Translations under genes and position numbers: made by a program
Notes under the pieces: model-generated
Databases searched by the model: none
What the model saw: only the letters and a program-made list of their open reading frames with translations
What the model was told of the DNA's origin: nothing
Part shown: positions 17,102 to 25,654 of the stretch, piece after piece
Layout: every line of letters starts with the position of its first letter
Numbering within the stretch: the stretch's first letter is position 1
IMG/VR virus record: IMGVR_UViG_3300037424_002164
Span: 1-64,000 of that record
Direction: 5' to 3' (one strand)
Length of the DNA stretch: 64,000 bases
From: a virus
Lineage: Duplodnaviria; Caudoviricetes

Positions 17102-18138
17102 TGAACGGAATCCCCGGAAAGATCCGCAAGACGCTCGCCGGATTTCTGGTCCTGATGGCTTTGCCAGCGGGCATGGCGCAAACGCTGAGCTTGGTCTCGG
17201 CGCGGGATCAAATTGAGGGTAGCTTCGTAACTCCGCAATCGGTTTACGCGGACCAGCGGTATGTCTACCTTGCCTCGGCCCAGGGCAAACTCTTCATCCT
17301 GGAGCGCAGCGTCGCGAGGGACTTCCCGCTCGTCGCCACGATCGACGTTAGTTCGGCCCCGTTGACGGCGGTGCGCGGAGATGACCAGGCTATTTTCGTA
17401 TCCTCCGCCGACGGCTCTCTCTATGTTTTCAGCAAGGTGCAACCGTTCCCACTGTTGAATACCTTGACTCTTTCACCATTTGGGCTCAACGCGCTGGCGG
17501 TCCGCCAGAAGCAGGGCGGCAGCGATTTCCTCATATCTCATGGGCAGGCCCGGCTGGCGGCGAACGAACAGCGGGTCTACCTTTCTGAACTAAATGAAGG
17601 GGAGGTGGGGGTCCGCCTTGACCGGAACACTTTTGCAATTCTCCAGGAGTATGGGCTGAAGTTTGAGTCCGGCACCGTTGTATTCGATCGCGTCAGCGGC
17701 GCACGCATTGGCGCCGTCCCCAACCCATACGATTTGTTGGGGAGGCCAGCCCAAGTCGCGCTTTACGTCGATGGCCAGGTGCTGTTCCAGACCACGCCCG
17801 GCTGCTGCGGACGGGGTGTACGGGTTTACGATTCCTCGTTGCGCCTGGTTCGGTTTTTCAACCGTCCATCCACCAACACGGTGGCGTTGTCCGGAGACAA
17901 ACGATGGCTGGTTGCCGGGAATGAAAACGGCACTGTGGATATCTTCGATTGGAAGAGTAGCACGCAACTCGCCGCCAGCGTCAATTTGCGCGAGTTAATG
18001 GGGTACTCCGGGTCCGAGGCTGTCGAGATCCGGTCGCTGTGGGTGGAGGGCAACTGGATCTTCGCCGCGTCGAGCCGGGGGAATGATTCGAACCAGAGCC
18101 CGTCGCTGCCAGCGCTGTTCGTGCTGCGAATTCAGTAG
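17101..18138 (+). CDS. Secreted beta-propeller (WD40/LVIVD-like) protein
   Basis: Signal peptide; blades such as VYADQRYVYLAS, VALSGDKRWLVAGNENGTVDIFD, LWVEGNWIFAAS. Confidence 0.75.
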   Translation: MNGIPGKIRKTLAGFLVLMALPAGMAQTLSLVSARDQIEGSFVTPQSVYADQRYVYLASAQGKLFILERSVARDFPLVATIDVSSAPLTAVRGDDQAIFVSSADGSLYVFSKVQPFPLLNTLTLSPFGLNALAVRQKQGGSDFLISHGQARLAANEQRVYLSELNEGEVGVRLDRNTFAILQEYGLKFESGTVVFDRVSGARIGAVPNPYDLLGRPAQVALYVDGQVLFQTTPGCCGRGVRVYDSSLRLVRFFNRPSTNTVALSGDKRWLVAGNENGTVDIFDWKSSTQLAASVNLRELMGYSGSEAVEIRSLWVEGNWIFAASSRGNDSNQSPSLPALFVLRIQ

Positions 18139-18146
18139 CGGATGCC

Positions 18147-18440
18147 ATGAAAGTTAAGAGTTCTGACCCTCACCATCGGTTGCATTACCAGTGGCGGTTG
18201 GATCGCCAACTGGAGCAGATGGCATTGACCCCTCGCCAGAGCGAGCTTATCTGGCTCCTGGCCACGGATCACACCATGAAAGAGGCAGCCTGTCTGATGC
18301 GACCGCCAACCACCGAGATGACGGTGAAAATGTATGCCAAGCAGGCTAGGCGGCGTCTCGGGTTTAAGACGACGTATGGGCTAGTCTTCTACATTGCGCG
18401 ATGGAAAGAGGAAACCAATATACAGGCGGTGCTCGGATGA
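18147..18440 (+). CDS. LuxR-type HTH regulator
   Basis: LTPRQSELIWLLATDHTMKEAACLM...TVKMYAKQARRRLG. Confidence 0.75.
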   Translation: MKVKSSDPHHRLHYQWRLDRQLEQMALTPRQSELIWLLATDHTMKEAACLMRPPTTEMTVKMYAKQARRRLGFKTTYGLVFYIARWKEETNIQAVLG

Positions 18441-18646
18441 GTCTGATTGATCCCGTTGACGAAGAGAAGCTGATCGGCTTTGCTGAGGCCGCACTAGGCA
18501 GGCTGCTGGATCAGCGGCAAGCCGCGCTGCTCCAGATGCTCGGTGATCATCTCACGGCCGCCCTGGACGCCGCCCTGGGTGCCAGACGCGCGGAAATCAG
18601 CATCGAGGATGGAAAAATAATTGTCACATTTGGGAGAACACCATGA
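18437..18646 (+). CDS. Hypothetical protein
   Basis: ATGA coupling. Confidence 0.55.
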   Translation: MSLIDPVDEEKLIGFAEAALGRLLDQRQAALLQMLGDHLTAALDAALGARRAEISIEDGKIIVTFGRTP

Positions 18647-19083
18647 AACGACTGCTAGAAAGCAAAGTACTGTACGTCACTGTTTGCGCACTGTTCGCGC
18701 TGGCGATATGCGCGAACACGTTCGCCGGAGGCTCGCTTCCGGCATTCAACGGCAAGCTGGTCCCGGAGATCAGCCATGGCCCAGTGCCGCCGCCCGATCC
18801 GGATGTCCATGGTGGCGCACATGAGAAAGGAAGACTGATGATCGTTCGCACAGTGGTTGAAAGGGATTTGGCGACGTTGCAAATCATCCTGATCCCCGAG
18901 ACGGCCGTCGAGAAGGCGGTGCTTGGGGTGATCCCGGCTGGGACCAGATTTACCGCGCTTCGGCCGGGAGACGAGTCCGAGTCGGTTGTGCTTGTGCTGC
19001 CAGATCCCGAGAAGGCGCCATTGAAGGAGCCCCGCAAGGGGATGGAGGAAACGCAACCAATTTACCATGCCGAGAGACGCTGA
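18643..19083 (+). CDS. Signal-peptide protein; possible in-frame fusion of a peptide precursor and a second gene (internal ATG 18838)
   Basis: Signal peptide, SHGPVPPPDPDV, internal GAAAGGAAG RBS plus in-frame ATG. Confidence 0.5.
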   Translation: MKRLLESKVLYVTVCALFALAICANTFAGGSLPAFNGKLVPEISHGPVPPPDPDVHGGAHEKGRLMIVRTVVERDLATLQIILIPETAVEKAVLGVIPAGTRFTALRPGDESESVVLVLPDPEKAPLKEPRKGMEETQPIYHAERR

Positions 19084-19103
19084 AGCCGTAAATCCAGGAG
19101 CCG

Positions 19104-19739
19104 ATGCCCAAGCCTAAGCGCCACTTCGACGCCGTGTTCGATGCGCGCGTCTCCTGCGCCTACGACGAGTTCCTCGGCGCAAACGACCGCACGGCGTTGA
19201 CGCGCGCCGCCGAGGAGCTGGGCGTCCCACGCTGGGTGGTCAGCCGGCGCGGGAAGGACCTGGGCCTGTCGCGCATCAAAGAGAAGCCCTGGAGCGCGGA
19301 AGAGCTGAGCTTGCTTCGGGAGTGGCGGCACTACGGCATCAACGAGATTTCCCGGCGCTTCCGCGAGCGCGGGATCGCTCGTTCACCCTTCGCGGTCCTG
19401 CTGAAACGCCGCCGCCTCAATTTGACTACGCGGAATACCGAAGACGGTTTCAGCGCTCATCGACTGGCCGGCTTTCTGCGCATCGACTCGCATCGAGTCA
19501 GCGCGTGGATTCACGTCGGGCTGCTCCGCGCGGAGATGCGCCAGACGACCCGGGTACAGGCCCAGGGCGGGGACGGCTACTGGATTCGCCGGGACGACTT
19601 CCGCGCGTTCGTGCAGGCCTATCCCGAGCAAATCGACGTGCGCAAAGTGGATCCGCTCTGGTTTATCCCGCTGCTGCTGGGCAGCGATGGCGCGGTGTCC
19701 CCGCGCGTCGAAGACGAGGAGTACTTCACGTGTCCGTAG
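19104..19739 (+). CDS. Multi-HTH DNA-binding protein
   Basis: LTRAAEELGVPRWVVSRR; Myb-like KPWSAEELSLL; MerR/Xis-like SAHRLAGFLRIDSHRVSAWIHVGLL. Confidence 0.7.
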   Translation: MPKPKRHFDAVFDARVSCAYDEFLGANDRTALTRAAEELGVPRWVVSRRGKDLGLSRIKEKPWSAEELSLLREWRHYGINEISRRFRERGIARSPFAVLLKRRRLNLTTRNTEDGFSAHRLAGFLRIDSHRVSAWIHVGLLRAEMRQTTRVQAQGGDGYWIRRDDFRAFVQAYPEQIDVRKVDPLWFIPLLLGSDGAVSPRVEDEEYFTCP

Positions 19740-19951
19740 AAAGCGTGCGCATCCTGGACGAAATTCGGCGGGCACAGTCGATCGTCAACCGTCTTGTTGA
19801 AAGCCGCCTTACCCCGTCTACCGTCCAAGGCCTCCGGCACCTGGAGTTCGCTGCACAGGCCTTGGAGGATGCGGAGAAGGCACTACAAGGCAAGAAGCGA
19901 AGGCAGCCACGGAGGCCGTATCACGGTTCCGCGGCGGAGGGCAATCGCTGA
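19730..19951 (+). CDS. Hypothetical protein
   Basis: GTG start overlapping the previous gene; coiled coil. Confidence 0.5.
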   Translation: MSVESVRILDEIRRAQSIVNRLVESRLTPSTVQGLRHLEFAAQALEDAEKALQGKKRRQPRRPYHGSAAEGNR

Positions 19952-20194
19952 ATGGACGGACTTGAGGAAAACTTTACGCAGTGCGACCTGATCCTCGGTA
20001 TCCATCGGATGCCGCAGAATGAGCGGCACGCGATTTTCGGGACTTCGTTCAGCCCGCAGGGCGACGACAGGCGCTCTTGGGGAGGGATATGGATGTTTCA
20101 CGCCTACACCCGGCTGTGCAAGCAGCACGGGCTGGCCGCGTTTGTGAACCGCTGGAGATACGCGGCATGCAGTCGCTGGAGATACACGACATGA
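19952..20194 (+). CDS. Hypothetical protein
   Basis: Operon packing. Confidence 0.5.
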   Translation: MDGLEENFTQCDLILGIHRMPQNERHAIFGTSFSPQGDDRRSWGGIWMFHAYTRLCKQHGLAAFVNRWRYAACSRWRYTT

Positions 20195-20234
20195 AACCAA
20201 CGGAATGCGCCGCCAGAGAACGGGAAAACGAATC

Positions 20235-20504
20235 ATGCTGCTGAGCGACCTTGCGAACAGGTTTGCCTATCACCCGCCGCGGAACGATCGTATCCAAGAG
20301 CGGCTTGGCGGGGTGCGTCGTCTGTGCCACGAGCTGGCGCTGGGCATCGAAGCTCTCGCTCCGGACTCGCGCGAGAAATCGCTGGCCATGACACACCTCG
20401 AAGAGGCGATGTTCTGGGCGAACGCGGCGATCGCCCGGCATCAGGACGCCATTCTGCACCAGGATATGGTGAACGCGATGATGGAGGAAACCAAAATCCC
20501 ATGA
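20235..20504 (+). CDS. Acb2/Tad1-hairpin family protein
   Basis: RFAYHPP...APDSREKSLAMTHLEEAMFWANAAIAR. Confidence 0.8.
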   Translation: MLLSDLANRFAYHPPRNDRIQERLGGVRRLCHELALGIEALAPDSREKSLAMTHLEEAMFWANAAIARHQDAILHQDMVNAMMEETKIP

Positions 20505-20707
20505 AGGCTGGCGATCGAGTCCGCGTAAAAGCGAACGGATACATCGGAGTAGTGCAGGCCGTCTCGAACGGCGCCACCCCGTACCCGATTTTGGTGGAGT
20601 TCTCGGACGCCCGGCACGGAGACTGGCGTGTCTCGTTGGCGTCCAGGAACATCGAGCTGGTAGAGCACCAACAGCCCCAGGCGATGTTTGCGGAGCCGGC
20701 AGCATGA
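20501..20707 (+). CDS. Small SH3/KOW-fold protein
   Basis: MKAGDRVRVKANGYIGVV...ILVEF. Confidence 0.65.
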   Translation: MKAGDRVRVKANGYIGVVQAVSNGATPYPILVEFSDARHGDWRVSLASRNIELVEHQQPQAMFAEPAA

Positions 20708-21126
20708 TGACGTCGCATAGAGTCTTCGCAATCTTCCTCGCCCGCGAGTGCCCGGCCTGCGGCGGGCGCAAGTCGCCAAACACTGCACTGTGCGTTACGT
20801 GCTATCGGGCTCTGCCCAAGGAGAAGCGGGCAGAACTGTGGAACCGGTTCGGCGCAGGGTTCGAGGAGGCTTTTGAACAGGCTTTGAGGTTTTTGTCTGA
20901 GACATTCGCCCACAACGTTAGGGCCGGTGGGCGCGGAGCGGCAGCGAATGCCAGTCCGGGGGGCCGCGGGGAATCCGGACCGAGTACCGAGCCAGCGGGC
21001 GCTGGGAGTGAGAAACGTGGCCATGCAGCCTTCGGCCACACGACCCACATAGCGCAGGATGGGCCAAGCGCGGCGCCGCCAACCGTCATCGGAGCACATG
21101 CCGGCCAGGGAGATTCCGGCGGGTGA
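20704..21126 (+). CDS. Zinc-finger protein
   Basis: CPACG...LCVTCY. Confidence 0.6.
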   Translation: MMTSHRVFAIFLARECPACGGRKSPNTALCVTCYRALPKEKRAELWNRFGAGFEEAFEQALRFLSETFAHNVRAGGRGAAANASPGGRGESGPSTEPAGAGSEKRGHAAFGHTTHIAQDGPSAAPPTVIGAHAGQGDSGG

Positions 21127-21159
21127 TCTGGCAGCCCGCCGGACAGCACAGGGGAAGCC

Positions 21160-21393
21160 ATGAAACACGCTGGAGCCAAGCGTCGACGTCGCCTGCGGAG
21201 GGCAGGCACCTGCCCGATCTGCGGCTCGATCGGCGGCGGCCACCTCTGCCAAGCGTGCTCGGCCGAGAAAGAAGCGCTTCGCCGGCTGTTAAGGATCGCC
21301 GGCGGCCGTCTGGACCTGACGCGGCCGGGTGTTTTGTCAGAGCTTCGGTGTCGCTCCGGATTGAGCGAGGAGACTCCCCCATGGTTGCAATGA
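21160..21393 (+). CDS. Zinc-finger protein
   Basis: CPICG...LCQAC. Confidence 0.55.
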   Translation: MKHAGAKRRRRLRRAGTCPICGSIGGGHLCQACSAEKEALRRLLRIAGGRLDLTRPGVLSELRCRSGLSEETPPWLQ

Positions 21394-21800
21394 TCGACCG
21401 GGTGCTGATGAATGTGGCGATGTGGCTTCTTTTTTCCCTGGGGGCTCTTCTTTTTTCCCTGGGGGCTCTGTGGCTCATCCGGCTGACATGGAGGTGGAGA
21501 CGCCGGAAGCCGCGCGTGACTTTGCCGGCGCTTTTCGCTCGCGTGCTGCGCTGGATCGCTGTGCGGATGATGGCGCACGCCTGCTGCTTCGAAGAATATC
21601 TCGTGCGGTACCGGCACAAGAAGGGGCGGTTAACCTCGTTCTTTTTTCCGTCCGAAGCGACCGACGCCGGCCACGAGTTGACCCCGCTCGAATACTTCGA
21701 GTGGAAGAAGGGTCTGGTAGAACCAGACCCAATGGGGGAGGTCGGCGAAAGCCCAGCTCCCCCACGTACCCACGAATATAGATCGTCCCTGAATGATTAG
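21381..21800 (+). CDS. Membrane protein sharing the GHELTPLEYFEWK motif with the initiator
   Basis: TM segment with LLFSLGA duplication; shared 40-bp segment. Confidence 0.5.
   Translation: MVAMIDRVLMNVAMWLLFSLGALLFSLGALWLIRLTWRWRRRKPRVTLPALFARVLRWIAVRMMAHACCFEEYLVRYRHKKGRLTSFFFPSEATDAGHELTPLEYFEWKKGLVEPDPMGEVGESPAPPRTHEYRSSLND
21426..21467 (+). repeat. Perfect 21-bp tandem duplication
   Basis: cttcttttttccctgggggct x2. Confidence 0.9.
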
Positions 21801-21827
21801 AGGGCGAGAAGGAGAAACAGAACCAAT

Positions 21828-22223
21828 ATGGATGGAGAGGCACAAACGGCACAAACGGCAGGAGTCCTGCCAACCATCAACCGGGCGACGATGCTGATCG
21901 CCTGGTATCTCACGGCGATCAGCACGGTGCTTTCGGAAACCTGCGTGGCGACCGATACGCTGATCGAGAAGCTCAAGGCGGCCGGCTACTCGCCGGAGCT
22001 GATCCGCGAGACAGTCGCGATCTTCGCGCGGGTAACCGAAGCGGCGAACGCGACAATTGATCTCGTCCCCTCGTTGCGGGCGATCGGCTCACAGGGCACA
22101 GGAGCCCCTGTCCCGGTGGCGGTCCCCGACATCCTCGCGTCCGGTCCACACCTGGTTCGGGTGGCGCGCGCCGCCTCACCAGCTACCGGCGCTACCGCTT
22201 CACCAGGCGGGTTCAGCGGGTAG
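21828..22223 (+). CDS. Hypothetical protein
   Basis: GGAG-like RBS, helical body. Confidence 0.6.
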   Translation: MDGEAQTAQTAGVLPTINRATMLIAWYLTAISTVLSETCVATDTLIEKLKAAGYSPELIRETVAIFARVTEAANATIDLVPSLRAIGSQGTGAPVPVAVPDILASGPHLVRVARAASPATGATASPGGFSG

Positions 22224-22240
22224 TTCGCTTTGCAAGCCGG

Positions 22241-22275
22241 AAGGGGGGGGCGCCCGTGGCCTCCCTTTTCTCTCT
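22241..22275 (+). terminator. Probable intrinsic terminator
   Basis: AAGGGGGGGG-CGCCCGTGG-CCTCCCTT hairpin followed by TTCTCTCT after the gene stop. Confidence 0.5.
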
Positions 22276-22282
22276 AACTGGG

Positions 22283-22507
22283 ATGAGTCTCAATACTCCA
22301 CAGCCACCTTCGAGGCGTAGCATCCTGCCGGCCGTTTGGGACTTGGTGATCGAGGACATGCGAGAGCGTGACCGCATCGGTGCCGAGTTGTACGGCAGCC
22401 GGCTTCAGCCGTTCAACGGGCGTGATCCGATGGTTGATCTCTACCAGGAGCTGCTGGATGCCGCGGCATACGTGCGGCAGGCGATCTACGAAAGGGACGG
22501 CGCATGA
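22283..22507 (+). CDS. Conserved phage hypothetical protein
   Basis: DMRERDRIGAELYGSRLQPFNGRDPMVDLYQELLDAAAY pattern common in phages. Confidence 0.7.
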   Translation: MSLNTPQPPSRRSILPAVWDLVIEDMRERDRIGAELYGSRLQPFNGRDPMVDLYQELLDAAAYVRQAIYERDGA

Positions 22508-22533
22508 AATGGGCGAGGGCCGGGTGAAAAGCG

Positions 22534-23052
22534 ATGCCGATGATCTACACCTTCCGCATTGAGGACGAGAAGCGGCGCGCCGCCGCCCTGAAGGGCCTGA
22601 CGGAGCATCAGTTCGAGTTTACCCAGGACGCCGATGGTATTCACATAACGACGGCTGACGGGGTAACCGAGCCAATGGCCGCCCTGTTGATGGAGGTGAT
22701 AATCCACTCGATGCTGGAGGTCCCGGTCAAACAATGGGCCGACGAGGCCGAGATGATGCGCGAGTACCAGCAGGACCTGGCCGCGCTGTCCTTCGCGCCA
22801 CCGATCAGCTTCCGGCTGACGCCGCTCGAGGCGATTGCGGTGGTGATCGGTCTCCAGATATTCGCGCGTGATCCGGCTTGGTTCGAAAACGTCGTGCGGC
22901 TGGTCGCCGTCAAGACAGGCCTGCGTTTGACCAGCGACTTGGCAACGACGCCGGCAATCGCCGCGGTCACCAAGAGCCGGTGGGATTTTCCCGAACTGTT
23001 GCCCGGCAACTATCCGGCGCCGCCGCCACCCAGCCCGGAGACGGTGCATTGA
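22534..23052 (+). CDS. Hypothetical protein (172 aa)
   Basis: Long ORF with typical composition. Confidence 0.7.
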   Translation: MPMIYTFRIEDEKRRAAALKGLTEHQFEFTQDADGIHITTADGVTEPMAALLMEVIIHSMLEVPVKQWADEAEMMREYQQDLAALSFAPPISFRLTPLEAIAVVIGLQIFARDPAWFENVVRLVAVKTGLRLTSDLATTPAIAAVTKSRWDFPELLPGNYPAPPPPSPETVH

Positions 23053-23241
23053 CGCCGCCAGCCCAACAGCCCCGCTGCCCCGTCTGTGACACCCTGTTGC
23101 AGCAGGTGGACTTCCGCCCGGGCAAAGAGGCCTTTCATCTGTCCGGTGGCGCACGAAGCGCAGCGCCGCGGGCTGCTCGGCAAGCCGGGCCGCAAGCACA
23201 AGGAGGCGCTGGTCTACCTGGCCAGGCGGCGGGCATCATGA
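23049..23241 (+). pseudogene. Apparently frameshifted small Zn-ribbon gene
   Basis: RCPVC..RPGKEAF in frame 0 continues as ICPVAHEAQRRGLL..* in +1 after TTT-C (23133-23136). Confidence 0.35.
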
Positions 23242-23531
23242 CGGGCGCAAACAAAGCCCGGCCATTGCTGATTTCCAGCCGCGAACCCATCCACGAGTGG
23301 TTCGAGCTCTCCTACGCCAACTACCTGGTGCTCCCGCGAAGTCTTCTGCAATCGATGCCTGTGGAGTGGCAGGAGCGCATGGTCTCGCTGCTGAATGAGA
23401 TGGACCGTGCATTTCAACTCCCGCCGGTCGAGTATCGCGTCCAGATGATTCGGGACGGCAAGTTCGTCCGTGACGAGCTGGCCGACTACAAGCGCGGCCG
23501 CCGGCGCGTGAGGAGAACTGGCAATGTATGA
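23238..23531 (+). CDS. Conserved phage hypothetical protein
   Basis: WFELSYANYLVLPRSLLQSMPVEWQERMV...DELADYKRGRR. Confidence 0.7.
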   Translation: MTGANKARPLLISSREPIHEWFELSYANYLVLPRSLLQSMPVEWQERMVSLLNEMDRAFQLPPVEYRVQMIRDGKFVRDELADYKRGRRRVRRTGNV

Positions 23532-23730
23532 CCAGCGGATCGCCGATTTGGAGGCCGAGAACGCGAAATTGCGGGCTACAGTGAAGGCGACTATAAAGAC
23601 GCAAATGCTCTGCGACAAATGTGGAGCACGGGTGCGACTGAAGAAGGATGGTAGGGTAGCCAAGCACCGCTTGCCACGCCCCACGCGATTCCTGGGATGC
23701 TACTGCTTCGGCGGAGGGAGCGGGCGATGA
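23524..23730 (+). CDS. Small coiled-coil/Zn-ribbon protein
   Basis: RIADLEAENAKLR; CDKCG...KH...C. Confidence 0.55.
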   Translation: MYDQRIADLEAENAKLRATVKATIKTQMLCDKCGARVRLKKDGRVAKHRLPRPTRFLGCYCFGGGSGR

Positions 23731-23927
23731 CACCCCTCTGCCACGCGGTCAGCAAGCCGGGTCGACCGGCGTACGTCTGCCTCTGCAAGCAGCGGGGGCT
23801 GAAGCTCGGGACCGCGCGGGGCTGCTGGATACGGGCGTTTTACTTCGGCGCGAAGTCCGAAAGCTGGCTGAAGAGGCTCGAGGCGCAGGATCAGATCGGT
23901 GAGGAAGCGATGGAGGCGGCGGGGTGA
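23727..23927 (+). CDS. Hypothetical protein
   Basis: ATGA/GTGA coupling on both sides. Confidence 0.5.
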   Translation: MTPLCHAVSKPGRPAYVCLCKQRGLKLGTARGCWIRAFYFGAKSESWLKRLEAQDQIGEEAMEAAG

Positions 23928-25654
23928 GCTACCAGATCCTCCAAGGCGACGCCCTCTCCGTGCTACGCACGCTGCCGGCTGAGTCGGTGCACTGCGCGGT
24001 GACCAGCCCGCCCTACTTTGGCCTGCGAGATTACAAGATCGAGCCGCTGGTGTGGGATGGGGAGCCGGGGTGTGGGCACGAGTGGGATGCCCACTATAAA
24101 CCTCCGCCGGGAGGCAAGAGTGCGGCTTCGAGCGGGCTGCATGGAGCGCAGACTAGCGCCACTTATCGAGATCGGCTGGAAGAACAGCATCAGATGAAGG
24201 GAATCACGACGCACTTCTGCCAGTGTGGTGCATGGCGCGGCTCCCTTGGCCTGGAGCCCACCATCGAGTTGTACGTCGAGCATCTGGTGTCGGTGTTTCG
24301 CGATGTGCGGCGGGTGCTGAGGCCGGAGGCAACGTTGTGGCTCAACCTCGGCGACTGCTACGTCACCAACCCGCACGGCGCCGGCTCGACGTTCGACCCG
24401 AAGTATCCCGGTGGCCGCGATCGCTCGGAGGGATTCCGGGCGAATCGCACGAACACGCCGGGGAACCTCGGCCTCAAATCCAAGGACCTCTGCGGCGTGC
24501 CGGAGCGCGTAGTGCTCGCCTTGCAAGCGGACGGCTGGTACTGGCGATCGCGGATCCCCTGGGTGAAGCACAACGGAATACCGGAGAGCGTGGACGACCG
24601 GCCCACGAGCATGGTTGAGTACCTGTTCCTGCTATCGAAGTCCGAGCACGCCTACTACGACCGGGAGGCGGGGCGGATCCCCAGCAACGGCAACCGCGGC
24701 GGTGGACGTCAGCGCGCGGCATTGCTCGGCGACCAGCGATACGTTCGCATGGCCGCCCCCAAGGACACGGACGGCCGCACTGGACGCCACGCGGAATTTC
24801 AGCCCAGCTCCCGTGCGCGCCGCAACAGCGACTGGCTCTTCTCCTCCCTCGAAGACTACACCCGAGACTTCCAGGGCATGCTCCTCGACGGCGCCGGCGA
24901 CCCGCTTGCCATGATCGTGAACCCGCAGCCGTTCTCGCTCGAGATGTGCGACGCCTGCGAGACCTGCTACGACCGCCGCGACTACCGGCAGCTTCCCGCG
25001 GTCCTGACCTGCGGAGACTGCAAGCGCACCTGGGACGAGACCGGCCCCAAGCTGTCTCGTGTTTGCTCCTGTGGGTCAGCAAATGTGCGCCACGTTCGGG
25101 TCTGCGCCTGCGGCGCCCGCACCTGGGTGTCGCACTTCGCGACGTTCCCGGAGCGGATCGTCTCGCCGTGCATCTTGCTCGGATCGAGCGAGCACGGCTG
25201 CTGCGTGACGTGTGGGGCGCCGTATGAGCGGGTGGTCGAGAAACCCAACAATGGGGACCTTCATCCGCGTCCAGACCTCAAGGCCGCCGGCGTACATCGG
25301 CTCGCGCACACGGAGAGAAGACGGGTGCAGGTCAAAGGAACGCGGGAAGGGGAGCAGTTCTCGCAGACCAGGATGCTCATGGGAACCTACGCGGCCCGGG
25401 AAGCTGGAGGAGAGCACGACAACCCGTTTCCCGCGCCTCACACCGCCGGCTGGCGGCCGACGTGTTTCCATCCCATGTTCCCCGCCAACGAGCCGGTTCC
25501 CTGCACGATCCTCGACCCCTTCGCCGGATCCGGCCGAGCCGGCCTGGCTGCGGTGAAGCTCGGGCGGAACTTTATCGGGATCGAGTGCAGCGCTAAGTAC
25601 GTGAAGATGGCCGAGTGGCAGGCGGCCAAGCTGAGCGAGGAGGCGAGACCGTGA
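23924..25654 (+). CDS. Beta-class N4-cytosine/N6 DNA methyltransferase with Cys-rich insertion
   Basis: Motif IV HCAVTSPPYFGLRDY; HFATFPERIV; motif I ILDPFAGSG...GRNFIGIE. Confidence 0.92.
   Translation: MSYQILQGDALSVLRTLPAESVHCAVTSPPYFGLRDYKIEPLVWDGEPGCGHEWDAHYKPPPGGKSAASSGLHGAQTSATYRDRLEEQHQMKGITTHFCQCGAWRGSLGLEPTIELYVEHLVSVFRDVRRVLRPEATLWLNLGDCYVTNPHGAGSTFDPKYPGGRDRSEGFRANRTNTPGNLGLKSKDLCGVPERVVLALQADGWYWRSRIPWVKHNGIPESVDDRPTSMVEYLFLLSKSEHAYYDREAGRIPSNGNRGGGRQRAALLGDQRYVRMAAPKDTDGRTGRHAEFQPSSRARRNSDWLFSSLEDYTRDFQGMLLDGAGDPLAMIVNPQPFSLEMCDACETCYDRRDYRQLPAVLTCGDCKRTWDETGPKLSRVCSCGSANVRHVRVCACGARTWVSHFATFPERIVSPCILLGSSEHGCCVTCGAPYERVVEKPNNGDLHPRPDLKAAGVHRLAHTERRRVQVKGTREGEQFSQTRMLMGTYAAREAGGEHDNPFPAPHTAGWRPTCFHPMFPANEPVPCTILDPFAGSGRAGLAAVKLGRNFIGIECSAKYVKMAEWQAAKLSEEARP

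Noticed and set aside
13426-21708. 40-bp repeat as a DGR template/variable pair
   Set aside because: Single G/C mismatch (not at adenine), too short, and no RT in the window.
23924-25654. Intein in the methyltransferase
   Set aside because: No N-terminal C/S block, no HN-C/S/T junction and no LAGLIDADG motifs.
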